Assembly: GCA_036229005.1 (NCBI GenBank)
Contig: JAZAMN010000012.1
Location: 1 to 50,354 of the forward strand
Direction: 5' to 3'
DNA: 50,354 nucleotides
Source of the DNA: Myxococcota bacterium
GTDB lineage: Bacteria > Myxococcota_A > UBA796 > CAJQPC01
In this document: one piece after another, positions 35,401 through 45,462 of the stretch
How positions within the stretch are numbered: the stretch's first letter is position 1
Layout: each line of letters starts with the position of its first letter
Notes under the pieces: generated by a model
What the model was told of the DNA's origin: nothing
Seen by the model: the letters and a program-made list of their open reading frames with translations, nothing else
Database searches by the model: none
Program-made: the position numbers and the translations under genes

Positions 35401-37745
35401 CTCGCGGTGAAGGTGCTGGCGTAGAACTCCAGGCCGTTGGCGCTGTAGTGGCTGCTGAGGTCGTCGCCCAGGCTGGCGTCCTCGAAGTCGAAGTCCTCGC
35501 CCCCACCGGAGGTGTTGAGCAGGTCGGCCAGGTCCTCCTCGAACCAGGACGCGCGGGTGCGCAGCCAGAAGCCGCCGTCCACCCAGCCGTCGCAGTCCTT
35601 GTCGTCCGCGATGCCGGAGTCCAGGCCGGTGTCCTCGTCGGCGCCGGGGAAGACGCCGCTGTCCCCGTCGTCGCAGTCCGGGCCGCCCGCAGCATGCGAC
35701 AGCAGCCCGTCCCCGTCCTCGTCCTGGAAGGCTGATACATAATCCCAGACCTGCACCAGGCCGGCCAGAGTGGTGGATCCAGAGGCGGCGAACCAGCTCC
35801 CGACCGCCACCTCCCCGAAGCCGTCCCCGTCGTGGTCCTCCAGGCCGACCACCGCAGTGCCTGCGGCCCCCGCTGCGACCGCGCCCTCGAGCAGGTGCTG
35901 GGCGTCCGCGCTGGTCACGCTGGCGGCGGTGATGGGGCCATGGAACACCGCCACGGCGCCCGATGAGCCGTTGGCGCCGGGGGCCCCGATGATCAGGTCG
36001 TTGACGCCGTCCACGTTCAGGTCCACCGCCGACAGGCTGGAGCCCAGCGCCTCGTTGGTGCTGCCTCCCAGGGAGACCCAGTCGGCGTCCGAGGCCGAGT
36101 AGGTGCTGACCCACGACGAGCCATCCAGGAACACATACGCGGCCCCGGCGCCGGAGCCGCCGGTCCCCTCGTCCGGGGCGCCCACGACCAGATCGCCCAG
36201 GCCGTCGTCGTCCAGATCGGCCAGGGACAGGGCGCTGCCGAAGAGGTCCAGGGCGCTGCTGCCCGTGAAGCTCGCGGTGGCTGCGGAGTTGACGGTCACC
36301 GTGCCGCCAGCGGAGCTGCTGCCAAGGACCAACCAGACCTGCCCGGCGTCGGTGCCTCCGTCGTCCGAGTCGGGGCTCCCCAGCAGCAGGTCATCCACGC
36401 CGTCCCCGTCGGCGTCCCCGGCGGCCAGCACCTTGCCCAGCTTGTCCCCAGCGGACTTGCCGGTGACGGTCCACGCAGCGCTGCTGACCCCGGTGGCGGC
36501 CCCCAGGTACACGTAGGCGGTGCCCACGTTTGCGCTTCCGCTGACGCTGCGGTTGGGGGCGCCGACCACCAGATCCGCGTAACCGTCGCCGTCAAAGTCT
36601 CCCGTCGTCAGGGCGGTCCCGAACTGCGGCTTGTCGGTGGACTCGGTGGGCGTCAGGGTCAGGTCGGCGTCGTCCGGCAGGGTGTGGCTCCCCGCCAGGC
36701 TCCCCCCCTGGAGGATGTGCACCGCGCCCAGGTTGCTCACGGAGCTGCTGTCGTACTGGGGCTCGCCCAGAGCCAGCTCAGGCATGCCATCGCCGTCGAG
36801 ATCCGCGACCGCAAGCGCGGCCCCGAGCTGGTTCCCGCTGTCCCCGGAGAAGGTCGCCTGCGCGGTGCTGGCGTCCCCGTCGAGCGGGCTTGCGCCGCCG
36901 TAGCTCAGGTAGACCGTCGTGGTCTCCGGCGCGCCCATGACCAGGTCCGGATAGCCGTCGGCGTTCAGGTCGCCGCTGGCCAGGACCTCGCCCAAGTAGC
37001 TGTAGTTGCTGGGGCCGTACCACTCCAGGTCCGCGGTGCTCAGGTCGATCTCGGCAGCCGCCGGGCGGTCGGTGGGCTCGCCGAACCAGGCGCTGGTCTG
37101 GTCCGAGAGGCCCCCGCTGCAGGCCCACTCCAGGCCCACGCTGCCCCCCTGCGTGCCGATGATCGCGCCCACCCCGCCGTCGTGGGAGGTGGACGAGAAG
37201 CTGATGTCCTCCTGGACGATCACCACCTCGGCCGAGCGGCCCTCCTGCCACCAGACCTGCACCTGCCCCGTACCCGAGGCCCCCGCGGGCGTGAAGCCCT
37301 GCCAGTCCAGCACGAACATCCGGTAGGGCCAGCGCCCCAGGGTGGCCGAGCGCACCGTCCCGCCCTGCAGGTCGTCCCAGTAGGCGGCGACCCCGGACCA
37401 GCTCCCGCCGGCGCCCGGACAGCTCGCGGAGGAGGCGGCCTGCGCCCCGGCGAAGAAGGCGGTGCCGTTGTCCCCGACGGTGATCTGCTCCATGTCCCGG
37501 CCGTAGAACTCCACGTCGAAGGGCAGGTCGACGACCGCGGTGTCCTCGTCTGCGAGCCCCAGGTCCTCTCCCTCGTCGTCGATGTCCAGGGTGCGGTGCG
37601 GTGGGCCCGAGGTCTCGTCCGAGTCGATGTACTCCCACCCTCCCCCATCGGGTCCCCCAGTGCCCGCGACGGCCAGGCCGAAGGCCAGGCTGCCGAGCCC
37701 GGTGAGGAGGAGGATGCGGCCAGGGTTCTTGGAGGAGCGTGCCAT
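32418..37745 (-). CDS. Giant surface protein: nidogen-like N-terminus, FG-GAP propeller, about 15 MopE-type Cys/Asp repeats, MYXO-CTERM-like anchor
   Basis: LPFDVEFYG/AAYWDDL; repeated GDxxGDGxxDLxxGAP; repeated DCDDxDxxxxPGAxExWYDGxDxDC; C-terminal GCGGCA-TM-RRRR. Confidence 0.9.
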   Translation of the reverse strand: MARSSKNPGRILLLTGLGSLAFGLAVAGTGGPDGGGWEYIDSDETSGPPHRTLDIDDEGEDLGLADEDTAVVDLPFDVEFYGRDMEQITVGDNGTAFFAGAQAASSASCPGAGGSWSGVAAYWDDLQGGTVRSATLGRWPYRMFVLDWQGFTPAGASGTGQVQVWWQEGRSAEVVIVQEDISFSSTSHDGGVGAIIGTQGGSVGLEWACSGGLSDQTSAWFGEPTDRPAAAEIDLSTADLEWYGPSNYSYLGEVLASGDLNADGYPDLVMGAPETTTVYLSYGGASPLDGDASTAQATFSGDSGNQLGAALAVADLDGDGMPELALGEPQYDSSSVSNLGAVHILQGGSLAGSHTLPDDADLTLTPTESTDKPQFGTALTTGDFDGDGYADLVVGAPNRSVSGSANVGTAYVYLGAATGVSSAAWTVTGKSAGDKLGKVLAAGDADGDGVDDLLLGSPDSDDGGTDAGQVWLVLGSSSAGGTVTVNSAATASFTGSSALDLFGSALSLADLDDDGLGDLVVGAPDEGTGGSGAGAAYVFLDGSSWVSTYSASDADWVSLGGSTNEALGSSLSAVDLNVDGVNDLIIGAPGANGSSGAVAVFHGPITAASVTSADAQHLLEGAVAAGAAGTAVVGLEDHDGDGFGEVAVGSWFAASGSTTLAGLVQVWDYVSAFQDEDGDGLLSHAAGGPDCDDGDSGVFPGADEDTGLDSGIADDKDCDGWVDGGFWLRTRASWFEEDLADLLNTSGGGEDFDFEDASLGDDLSSHYSANGLEFYASTFTASDEAFGAAASGSVAGKVSGSSLTLTFDADVDALAFQILDASGPFQLQAWDSDGSTLLSSGGVASLEAEGEDVPGGRFVGVVFGASVSKVRITPSTSNGIGVDDLVVHWASESDRDADGYTGDDGDCDDFDADVNPAATEVLGDSIDNDCDGTVDGGGSTAYTDLSSWSADAGITVQTVDFEDLSVGDTVSTDYADLGLTVDSSLLVASSVDGAAPNDTQGAQALSTTVTLSFEEVQPAVAFQVLDGKGSFTLTGSVGGSTLYTDTLTLSEEGSSSFHGYVYDYGVDTLEISGPSGDTWGLDDIAFSELGLDDADGDGLTEADGDCDDSDATTYPGATETWYDGVDSDCGGDSDYDADGDGYDTGDDCDDTDSSVSPDATEVWYDGVDSDCDGASDYDADLDGYDDAAYGGTDCDDSSDAVSPGATETYYDSTDDNCDPTDDYDADGDGYSASGYSASGSLGSGDCDDSDASASPGGTETWYDGVDSDCDGGSDYDADGDGYESDSYGGDDCDDGDDSVNPGATDTWYDGLDQDCAEDSDYDADGDGYDLDLYGGLDCDDTDASINPDATESDGDDGIDEDCDGTDEWDDDGDGYRDEALGGTDCDDTDATINPGATDTCYDGIDADCGGDSDYDCDSDGYDSDGYGGADCDDSNGSVNPGATEYVYDGVDSDCDGSDDYDADGDGYQTTLYGGLDCDDSDAAINPGATEVWYDGVDSDCGTDSDYDADGDGADAAAYGGDDCDDTDATICPSCVDTPDDGIDQDCDGADDPDGDGDGYGSDDCDDTDSSIHPGAEEIWYDGVDQDCDESSDFDADLDGQDAEAYGGQDCDDSDPATYFGASERWYDGRDGDCLGGDDFDQDGDGYRIDTWGGTDCVDTDAAIHPGVTEDSCYGGDEDCDGQTDEDCPTQDTGDPSDTSDTADTSEDTGPDTDTPQDSEPDTGDSGTPQDSQGPAPQDSGGQESGCGGCAASQIPGSAAWLLIPFGLLLWRRRRV

Positions 37746-37780
37746 GACCGGGAGCCTACACCCGACCGAATGGGGGCCCC

Positions 37781-37940
37781 AGAGAAGAAGGAGGCCGGCC
37801 CCCCATCAACGGAGGCCGGCCGACGAAGCTGCAGTCGGGGCTCAGCTCAGGTCCCGTTTGCCCGAGGTTCCCTGAAGAGATGACCTGTCGAGCCACACCG
37901 GCCTGCGCTTTCGTTCTGCTCTACAGACGCAGCCAGGCCC
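37781..37940 (-). ncRNA. Candidate sRNA or leader A
   Basis: Minus-strand stems ctgcg/cgcag, ggctc..caggtc/gacctg..gagcc and ggccggcctcc-GTTGATG-gggggccggcc, then a pyrimidine tract; shares motifs with 40173-40341. Confidence 0.45.
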
Positions 37941-38031
37941 CCTTTCCTTTCAATCCCGGGCCGACAGGAGACAAAATGTGACAGGCACTTGGGGCGCGGA
38001 TGCGTTGGGTTGTCCCCTCAACGAGGTCCCC

Positions 38032-38910
38032 ATGTCCACCGTCATCGCCCGCCTCAAGGCCATCTTCTCGCCGGAGCAGATCACCGATCGGGTGTTCGGT
38101 CAGTTCCTTCCGGACCTGGTCGTCGCGTCGATCACCTTCCTGGTGTTCTACGTGATCTGGCGGATCCTGGAGAAGGCCCTGGTCGCGGTGATGGACCGGG
38201 CCAAGGTGGAAGCCACGGCCGCCCGCTTCGTGCACCTGGTGCTCAAGTACGTTGTGCTGACCATGGGCGTGGTCACCGCCCTGGCCCAGATGGGCGTGAA
38301 CACCGGCTCGCTGATCGCCAGCCTGGGCATCGCCGGGCTCACCCTGGGCTTCGCCGCGCAGGACGTGCTCAGCAACATCATCTCGGGGCTGTTCATCTTC
38401 TGGGACCGGCCCTTCGTGATCGGCGATCTGGTGGAGATCGACGGCAAGTACGGCCGGGTGGAGACCATCACGATGCGCTCGACGCGGGTGGTCACGGTGG
38501 ACGGGAAGATGCTGGCCATCCCCAACTCGGTGATCGCCAACTCGACGGTCACCTCGTACACCAACTTCCCGCACCTGCGTATCGACGTCGAGGTCACCGT
38601 GGGCGTGAACGAGGACCTGGGGCGCGTCCGCGAGCTGCTGCTGGCCCAGGTGCCCCCCGGCGACGGGATCCTGGCCGAGCCGGCCCCCCAGGTCGTGGTG
38701 ATGGCGCTCAACGACTACAACGTGCTCCTGGAGCTGCGCGCCTGGGTGGAGGACGAGACCCAGCACATCCAGCGCCGCTTCGCGCTGCGCGAGAAGATCT
38801 ACGTGGCGCTCACCGAGGCCGGGGTGGACATGCCCTTCGAGACGCTGGCCATCTCCCCGATCGAGGTGCGCCAGGCCCAGCCCAAGCTGCCGCCCCCCAG
38901 GCCCGTGTAG
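38032..38910 (+). CDS. mscS: Small-conductance mechanosensitive channel family protein
   Basis: SLGIAGLTLGFAAQDVLSNIISG, DRPFVIGDLVEI, ITMRST, IPNS. Confidence 0.92.
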   Translation: MSTVIARLKAIFSPEQITDRVFGQFLPDLVVASITFLVFYVIWRILEKALVAVMDRAKVEATAARFVHLVLKYVVLTMGVVTALAQMGVNTGSLIASLGIAGLTLGFAAQDVLSNIISGLFIFWDRPFVIGDLVEIDGKYGRVETITMRSTRVVTVDGKMLAIPNSVIANSTVTSYTNFPHLRIDVEVTVGVNEDLGRVRELLLAQVPPGDGILAEPAPQVVVMALNDYNVLLELRAWVEDETQHIQRRFALREKIYVALTEAGVDMPFETLAISPIEVRQAQPKLPPPRPV

Positions 38911-38944
38911 AGCGGGCTGGCTACGCAGGTCCTCGCCGGCGGGC

Positions 38945-40096
<1,152 letters not shown>

Positions 40097-40172
40097 CAAC
40101 GCTCCAGGGCTTGGCGATCGGAACATGTCATGCACGGGTAATAGAGCCCTGGCCGCCGAGGGTCTACAACAT

Positions 40173-40341
40173 GGGTGACGCGAAGTCTGCGTCAGTCAGC
40201 ACACCCGGCGGGGCAACACTCTTCTCAGGGATTGCCTGCCCCACCCCTTCCCGTCACAAAGCCGGGTGTGTTGACTTTCCCCAGCGGCTCGTTGATGGGG
40301 CTGGGCTGGGAGACCCCGAGCCTGAGCTCGGGGTTTTTTTT
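40173..40341 (+). ncRNA. Candidate sRNA B with its own intrinsic terminator
   Basis: Hairpin tgacgc/gcgtca; 16-bp stem agtcagcacacccggc/gccgggtgtgttgact; ggctc-GTTGATG-gggct; terminator. No credible ORF. Confidence 0.6.
40313..40341 (+). terminator. Rho-independent terminator
   Basis: accccgagc-ctga-gctcggggt running into T8. Confidence 0.85.
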
Positions 40342-40343
40342 AT

Positions 40344-40610
40344 GGGGGGGACCTCGCGGTCCCCCTGATGGTCTCCGGCCACGGGCCTCCGACCTCACCC
40401 CCTCGCGCGGACCTTTGGCGCGCAGCGACCACGGAGCACAAAGTCCGCACGTCGTCGCTCTGAGCGGGGCTCAGCGCTCCTTTGGTCGCGGACTTTGTGC
40501 TCCGGGCGCGCGTCGGTCCGGCGGGGACCCGGGCGCCTCGGCCGGACCTCGCGGTCCCCCTGATGGTCTCCGGCCACAGGCCTCCGACCTCACCCCCCCT
40601 TGCGCGGACC
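40344..40610. repeat. Composite repeat: two ~65-bp direct repeats flanking a 17-bp perfect inverted repeat
   Basis: 40349-40413 and 40544-40610 are near-identical; cggagcacaaagtccgc (40432-40448) pairs with gcggactttgtgctccg (40488-40504). Confidence 0.85.
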
Positions 40611-40683
40611 CCGCCCCACTTTTCTGCGCGGCTGGTGAATGGATCCAGGCCGGGTCCGTCGATGGGGACAAGCGAGGTGAAAC

Positions 40684-41271
40684 ATGATGCTGCTTCTCTC
40701 CATCCTGGCCCTGAGCCCCACCGCCCAGGCCCACGGCAACGGCCACGGCCACGCACACGGACACAGCAAGCACCACCGGCCTGCACAGGCCGCGACCGGC
40801 TCGTTGGTGGTCAACAACCCCAGCGGCCGCCTGGTCCAGGTCTACGTGGACGGCGCCTACCAGGGCGTTCTGGAGCACGGCAGCATGCGCATGGTGGTCA
40901 ACACCGGCTCCCACCGCGTGAAGCTGGTCCACAACGGCCGCGTGCTCGAGAACCGCTCGGTGCAGGTGTACCGGAACGAGGCCAGCACGGTGCGCGTGAA
41001 GACGCCGTCCCTGGGCCACATCCAGGTCACCAACCACGAGGGCTACGCGGTCCGCGTGTACGTTGACGGCCGGGACGTCGCGGTGCTGGCCCCCGGTGAG
41101 AGCCGCTCGGTCCAGGTCGAGATCGGCAGCCACCGGGTGGACATGGTGGACATGCGCGGGCACGGCGGGACGCTGGTGACGGCCTCCCTGCACATCGACG
41201 GCTGGGACTACGCGGTGCTCGCAACGCCCCAGGCACAGGCCCACCACTCCGGCCATCAGCGCCCCCGATAG
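40684..41271 (+). CDS. Secreted protein with two PEGA-like beta domains and a His-rich N-terminus
   Basis: Signal peptide AQA; HGNGHGHAHGHSKHH; duplicated VxN...VxVYVDG...GSHRV. Confidence 0.75.
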   Translation: MMLLLSILALSPTAQAHGNGHGHAHGHSKHHRPAQAATGSLVVNNPSGRLVQVYVDGAYQGVLEHGSMRMVVNTGSHRVKLVHNGRVLENRSVQVYRNEASTVRVKTPSLGHIQVTNHEGYAVRVYVDGRDVAVLAPGESRSVQVEIGSHRVDMVDMRGHGGTLVTASLHIDGWDYAVLATPQAQAHHSGHQRPR

Positions 41272-41304
41272 GCCGCCGGGCCGCCGCGTGGGTTAGAGCG
41301 CGGC

Positions 41305-43161
41305 GTGCCCAAGACCCAGGACATCACCCGGAACAGCCTCGTCGTCGGCGCGGCCAACCTCTTGGCCCGGGTGACGGGCCTGGCCCGCGAGGTCGCCTTC
41401 GCCGCGGTGTTCGGCGCCGGCATCCAGGCGGACGCCTTCAACGCGGCCTTCCGCATCGGCAACCTCTTCCGCGAGCTCTTCGCCGAAGGGGCCCTGTCCA
41501 ACGCCTTCGTGCCCCTGTACGCAGCCATCGAGGAGGAGGAGGGCCAAGAGAGCGCCTTCGCCCTGGCCAACGCCTTCCTGGGGGTGCTGCTGGTGGCGGT
41601 GGCGGGCGTCGCGCTGCTGACCTTCGTGGCGGCCCGCCCTCTGGTCTGGGCCGTCGCCAGCGGGTTCGCCGACGACCCCGAGAAGTTCGCCCTCACCATG
41701 CAGCTCACCCGGCTGCTCTCGCCCTTTGTGGCGACGGTGTCGGTGGCCAGCGTGTTCATGGGCATGCTGAACCTGCGCGGGCGCTTCTTCCTGCCGGCCA
41801 TCACGCCCATGCTGTTCAACGTCGCGGTGATCGCGGCCTGCGCGGTGGGCTTCTTCGTCGAGCTGCCCTTCGACGCCATCCTGCTCGTGGCCGGCGCCGC
41901 GCTCGCGGGCGGGGCTGCCCAGGCGGCCGTTCAGCTCCCGGCCCTGCGGCGCCTGCACTTCCGGCTGCGCCCCCACCTGTCCGGCCACCCGGCCCTCAAG
42001 CGCCTGGTCAAGTTCATCGGCCCGGCGGTGGTCGCCATCTCGGTGGTGCAGCTCCACATCCTGGTCGAGACCCAGCTCGCCTCCCGCCAGGGCGACGGGC
42101 CGGTCTCCTGGCTGCTCTACAGCTTCCGCATCGCCCACCTGCCCTTCTCGATCGTGTCGGGCGCGGTCGGCGTGGCCTCGCTGGCGGGACTCAGCGTCCT
42201 GGCTGCTCAGGGGCGCTGGAGGCGTTTCGCTGGTGACCTGGCCGGTGCGCTGAACCTCAACGCCTTCCTCCTCTTCCCGGCAGCGGTGGGCCTGCTCCTG
42301 CTCGCGCAGCCGATCACCGCCCTCTTCTTCGAGCGCGGGGCCTTCACAGCCCACGACACGGCCCAGACCGCCGCGATGCTGCAGATGTACGCCGTGGCGC
42401 TCATGGGGATCGGCGCCCAGCGCATCCTGGTGCCCGTGTTCTACACGCTGGACGACCCCAAGACCCCCATGTGGGCGGGCCTCGCGTCGCTGGTCCTCAA
42501 GCTGCCCCTGGCCTGGTGGCTGCTGGACGTGGTCGGCCTTGGCGGCCTGCCGCTGTCCCACGCCATCCTGGTCACCGGCGAGGTCGGGTTCCTGCTGTGG
42601 ATCCTCAAGGGCCGCATCGACGCCCCCCTGCTGCGCCCGCTGCTGGGTCCCCACCTGCGGGTGCTGGCCTCCGCTGGGGTGATGGCCGCGGGGATCCTGC
42701 TCCTGCGGGATCACCTGACCGGGACGCTCGGACTCTTCGCCCTCATCGCCCTGAGCGCCGTGGTGTACGGGCTGGGGTCGGAGCTGTTGGGCCTGCGCGA
42801 GGCCAGGAAGATCCTCACCCGCCTGCGCAAGCCCAAGGGCCTGCCCCCCACGGTCGACGCCCAGACCCGCGAGCTGCTGGCCGCCCTGGATGGCCAGCCC
42901 CTGGTGTTGAACCTGGACGACAACACCCTCCTGGGGCCCGAGCTGGGCGCGCGCCTGGTGGCCACTGGCGGGGTGCTCTCCCTGGAGCCCGTGGACCTGC
43001 GGGCCGAAGGCGACGCGCCCGTTTCGCTGCAAGCCGTGATGCGTGTGGGCCAGGGTCCCCCCACCCTCCGTGGCCTCGTCGTCGGGGAGATCTGGGTCTC
43101 GGCTGTGGGGGACACCCTCCAGCCCCAAGAGGTGGACGGCCCGGTGATTCCGGTACGTTGA
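41305..43161 (+). CDS. murJ: Lipid II flippase MurJ/MviN with C-terminal soluble extension
   Basis: RVTGLARE, ADAFNAAFRIGNLFRELFAEGALSNAFVP, FFERGAF, FYTLDDPKTP. Confidence 0.92.
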   Translation: MPKTQDITRNSLVVGAANLLARVTGLAREVAFAAVFGAGIQADAFNAAFRIGNLFRELFAEGALSNAFVPLYAAIEEEEGQESAFALANAFLGVLLVAVAGVALLTFVAARPLVWAVASGFADDPEKFALTMQLTRLLSPFVATVSVASVFMGMLNLRGRFFLPAITPMLFNVAVIAACAVGFFVELPFDAILLVAGAALAGGAAQAAVQLPALRRLHFRLRPHLSGHPALKRLVKFIGPAVVAISVVQLHILVETQLASRQGDGPVSWLLYSFRIAHLPFSIVSGAVGVASLAGLSVLAAQGRWRRFAGDLAGALNLNAFLLFPAAVGLLLLAQPITALFFERGAFTAHDTAQTAAMLQMYAVALMGIGAQRILVPVFYTLDDPKTPMWAGLASLVLKLPLAWWLLDVVGLGGLPLSHAILVTGEVGFLLWILKGRIDAPLLRPLLGPHLRVLASAGVMAAGILLLRDHLTGTLGLFALIALSAVVYGLGSELLGLREARKILTRLRKPKGLPPTVDAQTRELLAALDGQPLVLNLDDNTLLGPELGARLVATGGVLSLEPVDLRAEGDAPVSLQAVMRVGQGPPTLRGLVVGEIWVSAVGDTLQPQEVDGPVIPVR

Positions 43162-43225
43162 CCCCCTCTTCTGCTGCAACCCGAGCCTACAAGCGGCTAT
43201 TGTCGAGCATCCCCCCGAGGTCCCC

Positions 43226-44806
43226 ATGCGCGTCGCGCTCATCAACCCGACCCCCATCGACCACTACAGCCCCTGCACGCGCACGCTGGCGGCCTACCTC
43301 AAGCAGCACGGGCACGAGGTCCGGCAGATCTTCCTGCCCTCGGACAACTACAACACGCGCTTCCAGCCCGGCTACATCAAGCAGATGCAGCAGTCGCTGG
43401 TCGACGAGATGGTCGAGCTGGTCGCGGACTACGACATCATCGGGGTGAGCTTCTTGACCGCGATGTTCGACGTGGCGGTGCAGGCCACCCGGGCCATCCA
43501 GAAGCGCTACCCGGAGAAGCTGATCGTGTGGGGAGGCTTCCACCCCACCACCATGCCCCAGCAGGCGCTCGAGTTCGTGGACGCCGTCTGTGTCGGCGAG
43601 GGAGAAGAGGCCCTGCTGGAGCTGGTCGACCGGGTCGAGGCCGGGGAGGACTACTACGACGTCCGGAACTTCTGGTTCCGCAAGCCCAACGGCAAGGTGG
43701 TCGGGAACCCCCACCGCCCGCTGATCCAGGACCTGGACACCCTGCCCTACCAGGACTTCGAGCTCGCGGACGACTGGACCTGGGACCCCGAGAACCATGC
43801 CCACATGATCAAGATCGAGTGGGAGCGCTTCAAGCACATCGTGCCGACCTACCCCGACCGCAACGGGGACCTGCGCATCTCGTACAAGACGATGATCACC
43901 CGCGGCTGCCCCCACAAGTGCAGTTACTGCGGCGTGGCCTTCAACCACGATCTGTACAAGGGCCAGAAGTACCTGCGCCGCCGCTCCGTCGAGCACATGG
44001 TCGGCGAGATCAAGCAGGTCATGCGCCGCTTCCCCGAGATCGGCATCATCCACTTCCAGGACGACGTGTTCTTCTCGACCTCCACCGAGGAGATCCAGAA
44101 GTTCGCCGAGGTGTGGAAGGCGGAGGTCGGCCTGCCCTTCCGCGCGCAGTGCAGCCCCACCACCATCAACGAGGCCAAGTACGCCGCGCTGATCGACGCG
44201 GGCCTGTGCTTCACGGAGCTCGGCATCCAGACCGGCAGCTCCGAGACCATGCGGATGTACAAGCGCGGCATGACCAATGAGCAGCTACTCAAGGCCGTGA
44301 ACATCATCTCCAAGTACAAGGAATACATCCAGGTTCCGGACTACCACATCATCCTGGACAACCCCTGGGAGTCCACCGAGGACGTGATGAAGGGCCTGCG
44401 GCTGGTCTGCACCCTGCCCCCTCCGTACAACCTGCTGCCCTCCAGCCTGATCGCCTACCCGGGCACCGAGTTCTTCCACAAGAGCATGGAGGATGGCTTC
44501 GTCACCGACGAGTACAACCAGGTCTACCGGGCCAGCTTCCACGTCCCCAAGGGCAGCTACGTCAACTTCCTCTTCTTCCTGACGCTATTCAACAACCTAC
44601 CCAAGGAGATGGTCATGTGGCTGGCCAGCGATCGCTTCGTGCGGCGCTTCAACCAGCGCAAGTACGACCACTTCTGGGGGAAGATGTACGAGTACGGCGA
44701 GCTCGGCCGCAAGGCCCAGCGCTTCTCGCAGTTCGCGCTCAAGGGCAAGCTGCTGGAGATCACGTCCATGCGGGAGCTCAAGCGCGTCGCCAACCAGATG
44801 AAGTAG
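43226..44806 (+). CDS. B12-binding radical SAM protein
   Basis: IVWGGFHPT, VCVGEGEE, TRGCPHKCSYC, FQDDVF, LGIQTGS, YPGT. Confidence 0.92.
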   Translation: MRVALINPTPIDHYSPCTRTLAAYLKQHGHEVRQIFLPSDNYNTRFQPGYIKQMQQSLVDEMVELVADYDIIGVSFLTAMFDVAVQATRAIQKRYPEKLIVWGGFHPTTMPQQALEFVDAVCVGEGEEALLELVDRVEAGEDYYDVRNFWFRKPNGKVVGNPHRPLIQDLDTLPYQDFELADDWTWDPENHAHMIKIEWERFKHIVPTYPDRNGDLRISYKTMITRGCPHKCSYCGVAFNHDLYKGQKYLRRRSVEHMVGEIKQVMRRFPEIGIIHFQDDVFFSTSTEEIQKFAEVWKAEVGLPFRAQCSPTTINEAKYAALIDAGLCFTELGIQTGSSETMRMYKRGMTNEQLLKAVNIISKYKEYIQVPDYHIILDNPWESTEDVMKGLRLVCTLPPPYNLLPSSLIAYPGTEFFHKSMEDGFVTDEYNQVYRASFHVPKGSYVNFLFFLTLFNNLPKEMVMWLASDRFVRRFNQRKYDHFWGKMYEYGELGRKAQRFSQFALKGKLLEITSMRELKRVANQMK

Positions 44807-44842
44807 GACCCCCGGTCCCTTCGTCCGGCTCGGGAGGCGGGC

Positions 44843-45235
44843 TCACCCGCCCTTGGCGACCTCGGCCTCGAGCAGCGGACTGACCTCGGCCCAGGCAGCC
44901 CGGAGCTGCTTGTGCAGGCCCACGAACTCGTCCACGCGGCCCTGGCGGCCGGCCATCTCCATCTCCTTGCAGACCTCGGAGAACGCGTCAGCGCCCACCT
45001 GCTTGGAGGAGGACTTGAGGGGGTGCGCGGCGCGATGTACCCCCTCGGCGTCTCCCTTGGCGACGGCCTCGTCAAGCTGGCCCAGGTAGCCATCCACGGA
45101 GCCCAGGAACGCCCCGACGACCTCGGCGACGAAGTCCATTCCGGGGGCGCTGTAGCTCCGCAGGGTGGCGAGAGTCTCAGCGTTCAGGGTCTGCATTGCG
45201 GCGTTCCTTTGGTTCATCGCGTCGAAGACGGACAT
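44843..45235 (-). CDS. Stand-alone Hpt phosphotransfer protein
   Basis: AAHPLKSSSKQVGA..S.VCKEME; AAGGAG before ATG 45235. Confidence 0.88.
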   Translation of the reverse strand: MSVFDAMNQRNAAMQTLNAETLATLRSYSAPGMDFVAEVVGAFLGSVDGYLGQLDEAVAKGDAEGVHRAAHPLKSSSKQVGADAFSEVCKEMEMAGRQGRVDEFVGLHKQLRAAWAEVSPLLEAEVAKGG

Positions 45236-45462
45236 ATCTGCGCTCCTTGGGCGGCAACGGGCTCCAATCCGACCCAAGGATCGGAGAGAGAGACCGGCGA
45301 CCTGAACGGAAGGCAAGATCCGTACGGAATTTCCCTAACTCACTGCCCCCCCCCTCTGCGAGACTGAGGGCCGACTGTGGCCACGGCCGTCCCCCCGCGC
45401 TGCGGCGCGCTGCCCCCTGTAAGGGCCCCGAGTTCCACGCGTTCCGGCTACAGGAGGCGGGC

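Noticed and set aside
37860..37900. Hammerhead ribozyme (CTGAAGA core)
   Set aside because: No GAAA follows a plausible stem II, and no stem I/III arrangement was found.
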